Part shown: positions 16,839 through 26,003 of the stretch, piece after piece
How positions within the stretch are numbered: position 1 is the first letter of the stretch
Layout of the letters: every line of letters starts with the position of its first letter
Assembly: GCA_005884825.1 (NCBI GenBank)
Contig: VAZT01000125.1
Coordinates: 1 to 31,864, forward strand
Direction: 5' to 3'
Source: Alphaproteobacteria bacterium
Lineage (GTDB): Bacteria; Pseudomonadota; Alphaproteobacteria; ATCC43930; CGMCC-115725
DNA length: 31,864 nt
The notes under the pieces: generated by a model
What the model was told of the DNA's origin: nothing
Databases searched by the model: none
What the model saw: the letters and a program-made list of their open reading frames with translations, nothing else
Position numbers and translations under genes: made by a program

Positions 16839-16849
16839 CTCTTTGAGGT
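16839..16849 (+). repeat. 11-bp direct repeat CTCTTTGAGGT, right copy
   Basis: Identical to 13174-13184. Confidence 0.4.
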
Positions 16850-16999
16850 GCCCGGCAACGGCAAATCGCGCTAAGTCGCAATCGCCACCTCGGCAAGCTT
16901 CGGACGAAATGACGAGAGGATCGCTGCCCGTTCACCCAATAGCGGCCTACTACCGGAATTCCGAGTAGTGTTCTGCGGATGCGGCTGAGACATGATGCG

Positions 17000-17725
17000 A
17001 TGAAACTGCCGCGCGCGATCCTGTTCGATCTCGACGACACGATCCTCGTCGCGTTTGGGCCGGCGCAGTCACAGTGGCAACGTACCATAGCCTCTTTCGC
17101 CGACCATCTCGGGCCGATCGAGGCGACGGTCATTGCGGCGGCGATCGAGGCGGCCTCGACCGAACTATGGGCCGATCCGGCGCGGCACAAACATTGGCGC
17201 CACCGCACCGGTGCCGCGCGCCGCCGGATCGTCGCGACCGCCTTTGCCGCGCTCAAGGCGGCGGGCCATCCGGTGCCGCCCGAGGCGATCGGTGACGCGT
17301 TGGCCGACGCCTATAACGCCCTACATGACGAGGAATTGTCGCTGTTCCCCGACGCGCACGAGACCCTCGACCGGCTGAAGCAATTGGGCATCAAGTTGGC
17401 GCTGATCACGAACGGGGCGGCCGAGCCCCAGCGTGCCAAGGTCGTGCGTTTCGCCCTCGAACACCGTTTCGACCACATCCAGATCGAGGGCGAGCACGGC
17501 TTCGGCAAGCCGGAGGAGCGAGCCTATACTCATGCGATGGAAGTTCTCGGAGTCGGCCCGCACGAGACCTGGATGGTCGGCGACAATCTTGAATGGGAAA
17601 TCGTGGCACCCCAACGGCTCGGTATTTACGCGATCTGGCACGACGGTTACGGCGTCGGGCTACCCCGCAGCTCCCCAATCCGGCCCGACCGCATCATCCG
17701 CCGCCTGTCGGAATTGCTGCTGTAG
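17000..17725 (+). CDS. HAD-superfamily hydrolase (phosphatase, subfamily IA)
   Basis: Motif I FDLDDT, motif II LITNG, motif III GKPE, motif IV MVGDNLEWE. Confidence 0.92.
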   Translation: MKLPRAILFDLDDTILVAFGPAQSQWQRTIASFADHLGPIEATVIAAAIEAASTELWADPARHKHWRHRTGAARRRIVATAFAALKAAGHPVPPEAIGDALADAYNALHDEELSLFPDAHETLDRLKQLGIKLALITNGAAEPQRAKVVRFALEHRFDHIQIEGEHGFGKPEERAYTHAMEVLGVGPHETWMVGDNLEWEIVAPQRLGIYAIWHDGYGVGLPRSSPIRPDRIIRRLSELLL

Positions 17726-17753
17726 CCGAGCTTCTTGGTGGGCCAGGCGGGCG

Positions 17754-18011
17754 GTGGCATTGCTTTGGTTTATGGCGGGCACCGCCGCCAGCCCGCAGAC
17801 CGGCCCCGGCGTCGGTTACGATCGTGCAGCCCAAACTGAGGCGATCTGCCGGCAGTACGCCGCCGCGCAAAGAGGGTTGCCATACGACACGATGTACGCT
17901 CAGTGCATGTATGCGAGGGGCTACCGAGTGCCGGGTTTCTCGCCGTCCCCCAATTCCCCTGGTTATCAAGGCGAGCTGCCGGGTCCTGCGCTTCATAATG
18001 GAGGTGCCTGA
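17754..18011 (+). CDS. Putative small secreted two-cysteine protein (85 aa)
   Basis: Fills the HAD-cyclase gap; from GTG 17754: (M)ALLWFMAGTAAS-PQTGPG...AICRQY...YAQCMYARGYRVP plus a Pro/Gly-rich tail. Start uncertain, RBS weak. Confidence 0.45.
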   Translation: MALLWFMAGTAASPQTGPGVGYDRAAQTEAICRQYAAAQRGLPYDTMYAQCMYARGYRVPGFSPSPNSPGYQGELPGPALHNGGA

Positions 18012-18265
18012 GCGCGCAGAATGCGAAAACGCCGAACAGCTCCGGCGATCCGGTCCTCTGATTTGCTGCGGAGCAGTTGGCTCCTCTTTCTCCGTCGACT
18101 GCGGCCGACTGCATCGCTGTTTCGGCCGCGCCAATCAGCCGGACCGCGCTCAATCAAGGCGCACAGCTCATGTTGGCACGGTATGCCGCGCCGATATAGT
18201 TTGGGCTTTGACGCCGTCCGGCATGAAAACCCGGGCCGGGTTGTGGCCGATTGGATAATCCCGCC

Positions 18266-19993
18266 ATGCGCATTACCATTGGTATCAAGATATTCGGCAT
18301 CGCCGTCGGGCTGCTGATCCTAATGGGCGTTGTCGCTCTCTTGAGCATGCGCATGACGCGCACTGTTGATGATCAACTCGTCATCATCGACCACAACTAT
18401 TTTCCCGCCTACGTCGCGCTCGCTCAGGCCAATATCCGTTCTGTCGAAGAGTCGGCCTATATTCGGCGGCTGCTCCTGGCCACTGCCGAACCATCGGACA
18501 ATACCGCGAAAGTTGACGACCTGCGGCAGCGGATCGCGAACGCCGGCAAAGCGAGTGATGAAGAGATCGCCGCTGCGCGCGAGCACATCAACGAACAGAT
18601 CGCGGATCCTCTCGATTTTGACGACAACATCGCTCTGGCGCGGCTCGACGTCAGGATCGAAGCGCTGCAAGAAGAAAGGCGCCGTTACGAGTCCGTACTT
18701 GCCAAACTGCTGGCCGCCGCCGAGCTCGGTGGCAAGGCCCAGGTCAGCGGACTGCTCGCCGAGCTGGACGAGTTGCGAGATGATTTCGACCGGAAGATCG
18801 ACGCCGCACGAAGCGAGATGCGCCGGCTCGCCGGTGCCGCCATCGTCGGGACCCGCGCCTACCAGCGGCACGTTGTCCAAATTGGCTTGGCGTTGTTGGC
18901 GATTGCCGCTTTGCTCGGCATCACCGTCGCCGCCGCCGTCACTCTTGGCCTGGTGCGTCCGGTCCGGCGCCTGCTCGCGGGTACCGCGGCAGTTGAGGGT
19001 GGCGCGCTCGACACCGTCGTGCCGATTACGTCGCGCGACGAAATTGGCCGGCTGACGCAGTCGTTCAACAGCATGGTCGGCGAGCTGCGCATCAAAGCGC
19101 AGATCCGCGAGACGTTCGGTAAATATGTCGATCCCCGCATTGTCGCCGGGCTGATCGACCGGCCCGAGCTGACCGATGCCAAGGGCTCGCGCCGCGAGAT
19201 GACGATCTTGTTCTGCGATATGAAGGGTTTCACCACTTTCAGCGAAGGCATGACGCCAGCCGCACTGGTCGCCGTCCTGAACCGCTACATGACGGTGATG
19301 TCGGAGCCGGTCCGGCGCCATAGCGGGATCATCGACAAATACATCGGTGATGCCATCATGGCTTTCTGGGGTCCGCCCTTCACAGGCGCCGACGAACAGG
19401 CCCGTCTCGCCTGCCTCGCTGCGCTCGATCAGGTTGCCGGCTTTGCGGCATTTCGTGCCGAGCTGCCAGATCTCATCGGCTTCAAACGCGGCTTCCCCGA
19501 GATCGACATACGCATCGGCATCGCCACCGGCGATGTCGTGGTGGGCAGCATCGGCTCAGAGCAGACCCGCAACTATACGGTTATCGGCGACACGGTGAAT
19601 TTGGCGTCGCGTCTCGAAGGCGCCAACAAGACCTACGGCGCGCGTGTGCTGATCAGCGAGGCGACCAACCATCTCGCTGCCGATGCGGTGGAAACGCGGG
19701 AGATCGACTCGGTGCTGGTTGTCGGCAAGACCGAGCCGCAGCGCATTTTCGAGCTGCTCGGCCAAAAAGGCGAGGTTGCGCGCGAGCGATTGGCGTTGCG
19801 GGACGCCTATGTCGAGGCGCTCGACGCCTATAGGCGCAAGGATTGGGAGAAGGCGCTTGCCGGGTTCGAGGATTGCCTCGCCATTGTCCCATGCGACGCG
19901 CCGAGCAAGCTGTTCCTCGAACGCATCGCCCAGTTCCGCGCCACCGCCCCATCTGTCGAGTGGAATGGCGTTTGGTCACTGGTGGAGAAGTAA
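18266..19993 (+). CDS. Membrane-bound class III adenylate cyclase (TM, periplasmic helical sensor, TM, HAMP, cyclase, TPR-like tail)
   Basis: Two TM helices; HAMP ...SRDEIGRLTQSFNSMV; ILFCDMKGFT, IDKYIGDAIM, NYTVIGDTVNLASRLE. The Lys/Thr specificity residues and the Asn/Arg pair fit ATP as substrate. Confidence 0.93.
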   Translation: MRITIGIKIFGIAVGLLILMGVVALLSMRMTRTVDDQLVIIDHNYFPAYVALAQANIRSVEESAYIRRLLLATAEPSDNTAKVDDLRQRIANAGKASDEEIAAAREHINEQIADPLDFDDNIALARLDVRIEALQEERRRYESVLAKLLAAAELGGKAQVSGLLAELDELRDDFDRKIDAARSEMRRLAGAAIVGTRAYQRHVVQIGLALLAIAALLGITVAAAVTLGLVRPVRRLLAGTAAVEGGALDTVVPITSRDEIGRLTQSFNSMVGELRIKAQIRETFGKYVDPRIVAGLIDRPELTDAKGSRREMTILFCDMKGFTTFSEGMTPAALVAVLNRYMTVMSEPVRRHSGIIDKYIGDAIMAFWGPPFTGADEQARLACLAALDQVAGFAAFRAELPDLIGFKRGFPEIDIRIGIATGDVVVGSIGSEQTRNYTVIGDTVNLASRLEGANKTYGARVLISEATNHLAADAVETREIDSVLVVGKTEPQRIFELLGQKGEVARERLALRDAYVEALDAYRRKDWEKALAGFEDCLAIVPCDAPSKLFLERIAQFRATAPSVEWNGVWSLVEK

Positions 19994-20120
19994 GCGCAGT
20001 GACGCTGCCAGCGAGCGCGCGCCGAAGAAGCAGCTGGTACGTAACAAGGGCCATTTCGCCGTTCAGGAGAGATCGGCCGGGGTCGACCCAGACCGGGCTC
20101 CCGAGAGGTCCCCGACACAG

Positions 20121-20156
20121 GCTGGCTTCCGACTCGGTTGCAATCGGCAAGCCAGC
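20121..20156. other. Stem-loop between the convergent cyclase and methyltransferase genes
   Basis: GCTGGCTT/AAGCCAGC arms plus inner CCGA/TCGG; no U-tract, so not a clear intrinsic terminator. Confidence 0.35.
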
Positions 20157-20163
20157 GTTGGTC

Positions 20164-20904
20164 TCACCTCTGAGCCGCTACCAGCAACATCATGGGCCTC
20201 TCTAGTTCCTCCGCCAAGGCGGGCTGAGCCGCAACTTGCTCGGGTGTTGGGTGCCACTCCTGGACATGTCGGATGGCGAAGCCGGCGCCGATCAAGGTGT
20301 TCAACGTCGTGCCCAGAGTCCGGTGCTGCTTCACCACTCCCTTGGCAAGCCAATCCGTTATGCGTGCGCCCTCAACCGCGTAACGGTCGATAGGCCAAGT
20401 CTTGCGGCCATCCTCCCTCACCAGCCATCCGGGAGCTGTCGGCGCCGTGTAGATCGGGTGCTCGATGGTGAAGACGAGATTTGCGCCGGGAACAAGCGCG
20501 CGGAACACTGTGCGGACTAGCCTGCCAAAGTCCTCGATGTAGTGAAAGGCAAGGGAACTGTAGGCCAGGTCGAAAGCCCCTTCGGGCAGTTCCAGGCTCT
20601 CCAAATCCGCCTTGACGTATTGCACTGCAGGATCGGCGGTCTCCGCTCTTGCACGGGATAGCATCTTCTCCGAGAGATCAATGCCGAGGACATGAGCCGC
20701 GCCCTGCGTCGCGGCCCATCGGGCAAACCACCCGAAGCCGCACCCGAGATCGACGATACGCCTGCCACCCAGATCCGGCAGCAGTACGCGGATTGCGGGC
20801 CATTCAGGTGCGGCGTCAAGGCCGTGGACCGACCGGTTCAACCGGCTGTATCGCTCAAAGAACTCCGGCGTGTCATAGACGTTCTGTGCCAACTCTCGCT
20901 CCAT
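20164..20904 (-). CDS. Class I SAM-dependent methyltransferase
   Basis: AQNVYDTPEFF, motif I IVDLGCGFG, VLGIDLSEKML, FDLAYSSLAFHY. Start is ATG 20904 or TTG 20892, not 21345. Confidence 0.92.
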   Translation of the reverse strand: MERELAQNVYDTPEFFERYSRLNRSVHGLDAAPEWPAIRVLLPDLGGRRIVDLGCGFGWFARWAATQGAAHVLGIDLSEKMLSRARAETADPAVQYVKADLESLELPEGAFDLAYSSLAFHYIEDFGRLVRTVFRALVPGANLVFTIEHPIYTAPTAPGWLVREDGRKTWPIDRYAVEGARITDWLAKGVVKQHRTLGTTLNTLIGAGFAIRHVQEWHPTPEQVAAQPALAEELERPMMLLVAAQR

Positions 20905-21115
20905 CCCGATCCCGATGGACGAACCACGGACACAAGGAACGGGCTCGCCCGTTTCCGGCGACGTCTGGGATGCGCGAAACACCTTTCTAGCAGCGTGACC
21001 GCAGTCCCGCACCCCGCCTGTTGGAAATGCAGGCCAGGTGGGAAACGATGAGAACAGCCCCGTCACGCATGCCTTTATTCTATGCGGAGCAAGGCGGCCC
21101 GTTAACAGAATGCAG

Positions 21116-21937
21116 TCAGGCAGCCGGCGGAAAAAATACCAAGGTGCGCACCTCGATGCTTTCCCGCGGCGGCGCGGCGGGGGTGAGCGGGTTATCGAAA
21201 GAGGTATGAAACGACAGCCGGGCGCGGCCGTCATTGGCGCTGTCGTGCACCCGGATGAACAAAACCTCGTCGGGCTGCATGTCCGAGAAATAGTACCAGC
21301 GGTGCGCCGGATTGTACGCGACCCGAGAGGTCTCGCCGCGCACATGAGCGTAGACGAGGTCGCTGGCGATCAAATCGTCGTCGGTGAAGCTGCGCGCGTC
21401 GCACAGGGCCAGCGGCGAATCCTGCACCGGCCCTCGGATCGGGCGCCACACATTGACGATGCCGAACCGGTGCTTCAAGAGCTCTTCTGCGTCGGCGCCG
21501 AGATGGTCGCGCACCCGGCGTGGCGCCGAGTTCACCGTATGATCGTTGTGCACCTGCCGCGACGGCTGGGCCAAGCCTTCCCGCGTGGCGTTGCGCACGT
21601 TGTGGTCGAAGACGAAGACGCGGCTGGCCCCCAGTTTGTCGCGCACCAGGCGCTCGACCTCCGGGTAGTAGACGCGCGTGATCTCCTCGGGCGAATAGAA
21701 GTCGGAGACCGCGGTCGGCGCGTTGACCAGGGCGAAGCCGTTGCGGTCGAGCGTGAATTCCGCTTCACGGCCGCGCACGTCCTCGATCGTGACCTCGTGC
21801 GGGTCGTCGATGCCATTCCAGCGCGGCACGCCGGGCGGCGGCTCGATACGATAGCTCGCCGGCTTTTCGGTGCCGCGCTTCAGGTAATGGAGCGTCGAGA
21901 TGACGGTTTTGGGGGCTACGGCGACATCGAGCGGCAT
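21116..21937 (-). CDS. CmcJ/NvfI-family oxidoreductase (probable Fe(II)/2OG-type oxygenase)
   Basis: FTLDRNGF, VHNDHT, IVNVWRPIRGPVQDSPLALCDARS, HRWYYFSDMQPDEVL, FHTSF, PPRESIEVR. Confidence 0.85.
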   Translation of the reverse strand: MPLDVAVAPKTVISTLHYLKRGTEKPASYRIEPPPGVPRWNGIDDPHEVTIEDVRGREAEFTLDRNGFALVNAPTAVSDFYSPEEITRVYYPEVERLVRDKLGASRVFVFDHNVRNATREGLAQPSRQVHNDHTVNSAPRRVRDHLGADAEELLKHRFGIVNVWRPIRGPVQDSPLALCDARSFTDDDLIASDLVYAHVRGETSRVAYNPAHRWYYFSDMQPDEVLFIRVHDSANDGRARLSFHTSFDNPLTPAAPPRESIEVRTLVFFPPAA

Positions 21938-22052
21938 GGTTGAACTCCTTCGATGCTGAACTCGCTTTGCAGCGGACTTCGGCCCTGGCGGATCACGATT
22001 TGGCGCGCCAAGACATCACGACGTCTCACTACCCCACGTCCTCCGGTGGGTG

Positions 22053-22871
22053 TCAAGCCGTCCTCGGGCGTTGCGCCTGCCGCGGTGATGCGGCGTTTGC
22101 TTCGGCAAGTTCGATCCAGACGGGCGCGTGATCGCTTGCCCGTTGGCGGCTTCGCACATCGCGATCGACCTCGGCCGCGACCAGGCGGCCGGCAATGGAC
22201 GGGCTCAGCAGCAGATGATCGATGCGCAGCCCGGCGTCGCGGCCAAAGGCGTTCCGAAAATATTTCCAGAATGTGTAGATCCGCTCATTCGGGTGAAGAG
22301 TTCGCAGCGCGTCGGTCCAGCCCTGCTCGATAAGCCGGCGATAGGCCTCGCGCACCTCCGGCCGAAACAGGGCGTCATCGACCCAGCGCTCCGGTGCATA
22401 GACATCCAGATCGGTCGGCATGACATTGAAGTCGCCGGCCAAAACAACCGGAGCGCCGCTGTCCAAAAGAGTTTTGGCGTGTTCGGTCAGCCGTTCAAAC
22501 CAGCGCAGCTTGTAATCGAACTTCGGGCCCGGCGCGGGATTGCCGTTCGGCAAATACAGACACCCGACGATCGTGCCGCCGACCGCTGCTTCGACATACC
22601 GACTGTGCGTATCGTCGGGATCGCCGGGTAAACCGCGGCGGGTCTCGGTAGGCTCGGCGCCCCGCGCGAGGATTGCAACGCCATTCCAGCTTTTCTGCCC
22701 GTGCCAGACCGCGCCGTAGCCGGCAGCGCGGACTGCGGCACCCGGGAATTTGTCATCGGGCGCCTTCAGCTCCTGAACACAGACGATGTCCGGCGCCGCC
22801 TCTCCCAGCCACCCGAGCAGATTGGCGAGCCGTCCGTTGATGCCGTTGACGTTGTAAGTCGCGATCCGCAT
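22053..22871 (-). CDS. xth: Exodeoxyribonuclease III / AP endonuclease
   Basis: MRIATYNVNGI, VQELK, YLPNGNP, LAGDFNV, LRIDHLL, SDHAPVW. Start moved to ATG 22871. Confidence 0.95.
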   Translation of the reverse strand: MRIATYNVNGINGRLANLLGWLGEAAPDIVCVQELKAPDDKFPGAAVRAAGYGAVWHGQKSWNGVAILARGAEPTETRRGLPGDPDDTHSRYVEAAVGGTIVGCLYLPNGNPAPGPKFDYKLRWFERLTEHAKTLLDSGAPVVLAGDFNVMPTDLDVYAPERWVDDALFRPEVREAYRRLIEQGWTDALRTLHPNERIYTFWKYFRNAFGRDAGLRIDHLLLSPSIAGRLVAAEVDRDVRSRQRASDHAPVWIELAEANAASPRQAQRPRTA

Positions 22872-23014
22872 CGAAATTGGCCAATTATGCCCACTGTGTG
22901 TAAGCCGCCACAAAGCGCGCCAGCTTGGCAATCGACCCGTGCCAATGACAATATGGCTCATCGGGTAAATTGCCATGGTCGCCGCGATTTACCCTGCCAT
23001 TGACCACAGCAACT

Positions 23015-23035
23015 TTGACACCGCGGCGTTGTCAA
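23015..23035. promoter_or_regulatory. Inverted repeat TTGACA-N9-TGTCAA between divergent xth and yaiI-like genes
   Basis: Seen directly; either back-to-back sigma70 -35 boxes or a dimeric regulator operator. Confidence 0.4.
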
Positions 23036-23138
23036 GTTACGATTTGGGCATCACGAATAGCGGTATCCTGGCCAGAGATCGTCGGGGTCTCAAACGGTCT
23101 GGCTAAATCTTTCGCTGAGCAGGGAAGCAGGCCGGAAG

Positions 23139-23606
23139 TTGACTGACATTTACGTCGATGGTGACGCGTGCCCGGTGCGCGAGGAGATCTACCGCGTGGC
23201 GGCGCGTCTCAAGGTCAAAGTTTTCGTCGTCTCGAACGGCTCCCGGCCGATCCGGCCGCCTGGGATGTCGAGCATCCGCATGGTTCTCGTCGGCGACACT
23301 GCAGATGCCGCCGACGACTGGATTGCCGAGCGCGTCGGCGCCATGGACGTATGCGTCACTTCCGATATCCCGCTGGCCTCGCGCTGCCTCAAAAAAGGAG
23401 CGCGCGTCGTCTCCCCGACCGGAAAACAGTGGACAGATGCGAATATCGGAAACGCGCTTGCCGGTCGTGAAATTGCTCGGCACCTGCGGGAGTTGGGACA
23501 GAACACAGGCGGACCGGCCCCGTTGACGAAGAGGGACAGGTCACGGTTTCTCAGTGCACTCGATACGGCCCTGCAGGCCGCATTACGAGACGTGACGAGG
23601 AGCTGA
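23139..23606 (+). CDS. yaiI: YaiI/YqxD family protein (DUF188)
   Basis: IYVDGDACPV, DAADDWIAE, VTSDIPLASRCL, GGPAPLTKRDRSRF; TTG start. Confidence 0.92.
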   Translation: MTDIYVDGDACPVREEIYRVAARLKVKVFVVSNGSRPIRPPGMSSIRMVLVGDTADAADDWIAERVGAMDVCVTSDIPLASRCLKKGARVVSPTGKQWTDANIGNALAGREIARHLRELGQNTGGPAPLTKRDRSRFLSALDTALQAALRDVTRS

Positions 23607-23705
23607 GCCACCCTGTTCGGCGGACGGGACGAAGCCGCTTGGACATCTCTCAGGTGCCTGCGATGATAATCCGGGTCTGAGACGGCACACTGGAAGGAGA
23701 GACCC

Positions 23706-24905
23706 ATGCGCGTCTGGTACTTCTCGGAGATGGCCTATCATCCCGCTTGGGAACAGGGGTTGAAGGGCGGGTCGTTGAGGGTGGTTCTGCCAAACCGCAA
23801 CTTCGATCCCAAAGTCGGCCACGGCCTTCTCAACCGCTATCTCGACGAGTTCGCGCTGTGTGACGAGGTCGGCCTCGACATTATGGTCAACGAGCACCAC
23901 AGCACGTCGACATGCCTTACCGTTTCGGTGCCGATGGCACTTGCAATCATAGCCCGCGAGACCAAGCGATCGCGGCTGCTGTCGCTCGGGACGCCGATCG
24001 CAAACCGGCCGGATCCGGTACGCGTAGCCGAGGAGATGGCCTGGCTCGACGTGCTCTCGGGCGGTCGGCTGGAAATGGGACTAGTCAAGGGCGCCCCTTA
24101 CGAGATCGCACCGGCCAACAGCAATCCGGCCAATCTGATGCGCCGCTATTGGGAGGCGCACGATCTGATCCTCAAAGCGATGTCGACGACGGATGGTCCG
24201 TTCAATTGGGAGGGCGAGTTCTTCCACTACCGCAACGTCAACATCTGGCCGCGCCCCTACCAGCAACCGACGCCACCGGTGTGGATGACGGGGTTGAGTA
24301 CCGAGACCGGCCGGATGGCAGCCGAGCACGGCCACGTCGTTGGGACCTTGCTTTCGCTGTCGGCCGCCGGCCCGATGTTCGAGGCCTATCGCAAGCGAGC
24401 ACAGGAGCTCGGCTGGACGGCGGGCCCCGACCGTTTCGCTTATGCGGCGGTGGTCGGAGTGGGGGCCACTCGCGAAGAGGGCCTGCGCCGCGCCAACCTT
24501 GCCGCCGACTATGTCCGCACCTCGCCGGTCGTCGCCGAGGCGTTCACTAACCCGCCCGGCTACAACTCGCTTTCCGCCAACGTCGCGATGCTCAAAGCGG
24601 GCGGCAAGCGCGGCGGCTTCGTCCGAGATCGGCAGGGCAATCCGGTCGAGCAGACCACCGCGTCAATCGAGCAGTTGATCGAGAGCGGCACCTGCTTTGC
24701 CGGCACACCGGATGAGGTGTACGAGCAGATCAAGGCGCTCAGCGACAGCGTCGGCGGCTTCGGCCATTTGCTGATGTTTGGCCAAGGCGGTTTCCTGGAC
24801 CACAAAGACACCGTCGCGAACATTACCCTCTTTGCAAAGGAAGTGATGCCGCGACTGCGAGAACTCAATCCGGAGTCGAGGAAAACGGCCGCTGCGGCGG
24901 AGTAG
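23706..24905 (+). CDS. LLM-class (luciferase-like) flavin-dependent oxidoreductase
   Basis: MVNEHHS, PVRVAEEMAWLDVLSGGRLEMG, IWPRPYQQPTPPVW; AAGGAG RBS. Confidence 0.93.
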   Translation: MRVWYFSEMAYHPAWEQGLKGGSLRVVLPNRNFDPKVGHGLLNRYLDEFALCDEVGLDIMVNEHHSTSTCLTVSVPMALAIIARETKRSRLLSLGTPIANRPDPVRVAEEMAWLDVLSGGRLEMGLVKGAPYEIAPANSNPANLMRRYWEAHDLILKAMSTTDGPFNWEGEFFHYRNVNIWPRPYQQPTPPVWMTGLSTETGRMAAEHGHVVGTLLSLSAAGPMFEAYRKRAQELGWTAGPDRFAYAAVVGVGATREEGLRRANLAADYVRTSPVVAEAFTNPPGYNSLSANVAMLKAGGKRGGFVRDRQGNPVEQTTASIEQLIESGTCFAGTPDEVYEQIKALSDSVGGFGHLLMFGQGGFLDHKDTVANITLFAKEVMPRLRELNPESRKTAAAAE

Positions 24906-24915
24906 GGAGCGTCGG

Positions 24916-25908
24916 ATGGCCGACCCCGAAATCATTCCGGTTGTCGATCTCGGGCCCTATTTGGCCGACACTCCCGGCGCGATTGAGCGCACCGCCCGAG
25001 AGCTTCGGTTTGCGCTGACCGAGATCGGCTTCTATTTCATCGTCAATCACGGCGTGCCCTTGGCGCAGATACGCGACGTCTTTCGCCAAGTTGCGCGTTT
25101 CCACGCTCAGCCGCTCGAAAAGAAGCTGGAAATCAAGCTGGACAAGCATAACGTCGGCTACCTTCCAATGAAGGGCGATACCCTGCGCACTTCGAGCGTC
25201 GAGACCGTCACCAAGCCAAATCTCAACGAGGCACTGTTTGTCGCGCGAGACCTGCCGAGCGACCACCCGGACGTGCTCGCCGACCGGCGGTTCCGCAGCG
25301 CCAACCGCTGGCCGTCCGATCTGCCTGGCTTCCGGGAGGTCATCGTCGGCTATTGCGACACGCTAGAGCGGCTGGTGCAAAAGCTCGTACGCCTCTACGC
25401 CCGTGCGCTGGACCTGCCGGTGGAGTATTTCGACCAGCCCTTTGACGAGCCGCAGTACAAGTTGCGGATGACGCATTATCCACCACAGGCCGACGCACTG
25501 GACGACGAGTTCGGCATCGCTCCGCACACGGATACCAGTTTTCTCACGCTGTTGGCGCCCAACGAGGTGCCGGGTCTCTCGATCCGCACACAAAGCGGCA
25601 AATGGATCGACGCACCCGCCATTCCCGATGCCTATGTCGTGAACGGCGGTCAGTTATTGCAGCGCTGGACCAATGACTATTTCCTGGCCACGCCGCACCG
25701 CGCGGTCAACCGCTCGGGCGGCGAGCGGTACGCCCTCGCCTTTTTCTGCGACGGCAATATCGACTGGCCGGTGGCCGCCGTGCCGACCTGCGTCGGGCCG
25801 GACAACCCACCGAAATACCCCACAAGCTACTACACCGACTACATGATCCGTTACCAGCAGCGGACCTACAACGTGTTCGGTACTGAGCACAAGGATGCCG
25901 CAGAATGA
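24916..25908 (+). CDS. IPNS-family Fe(II)/2-oxoglutarate dioxygenase
   Basis: IPVVDL, GFYFIVNHGV, facial triad PHTD...TPHRAV, RYALAFF. Confidence 0.93.
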   Translation: MADPEIIPVVDLGPYLADTPGAIERTARELRFALTEIGFYFIVNHGVPLAQIRDVFRQVARFHAQPLEKKLEIKLDKHNVGYLPMKGDTLRTSSVETVTKPNLNEALFVARDLPSDHPDVLADRRFRSANRWPSDLPGFREVIVGYCDTLERLVQKLVRLYARALDLPVEYFDQPFDEPQYKLRMTHYPPQADALDDEFGIAPHTDTSFLTLLAPNEVPGLSIRTQSGKWIDAPAIPDAYVVNGGQLLQRWTNDYFLATPHRAVNRSGGERYALAFFCDGNIDWPVAAVPTCVGPDNPPKYPTSYYTDYMIRYQQRTYNVFGTEHKDAAE

Positions 25909-26003
25909 CACTGCGCCGTAGCTGGGGCTGAGATTACCGATCACGGCTACGGGGCCAAGGCCGATCGCATCGTTCACGCCGAATGCCGCGATGAGGATCC
26001 ATC

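Noticed and set aside
20905-21115. SAM or c-di-GMP riboswitch upstream of the methyltransferase
   Set aside because: Only one simple hairpin (AACGGGC/GCCCGTT); no conserved aptamer core recognised. An Rfam/Infernal scan would settle it.
14505-22871. Complete NHEJ repair cluster (ku plus xth)
   Set aside because: No ligD or ligC in the window, and xth is 6.5 kb from ku with unrelated genes between.
23610-23705. Glycine riboswitch suggested by CTCTCAGG upstream of the LLM gene
   Set aside because: The GGAGA and CCGAAG elements and flanking stems are missing, and the downstream gene is not glycine-related.
21116-25908. Beta-lactam/cephamycin biosynthetic cluster (CmcJ-like plus IPNS-like genes)
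   Set aside because: No ACV synthetase, NRPS or resistance genes; both families are widespread outside antibiotic clusters.
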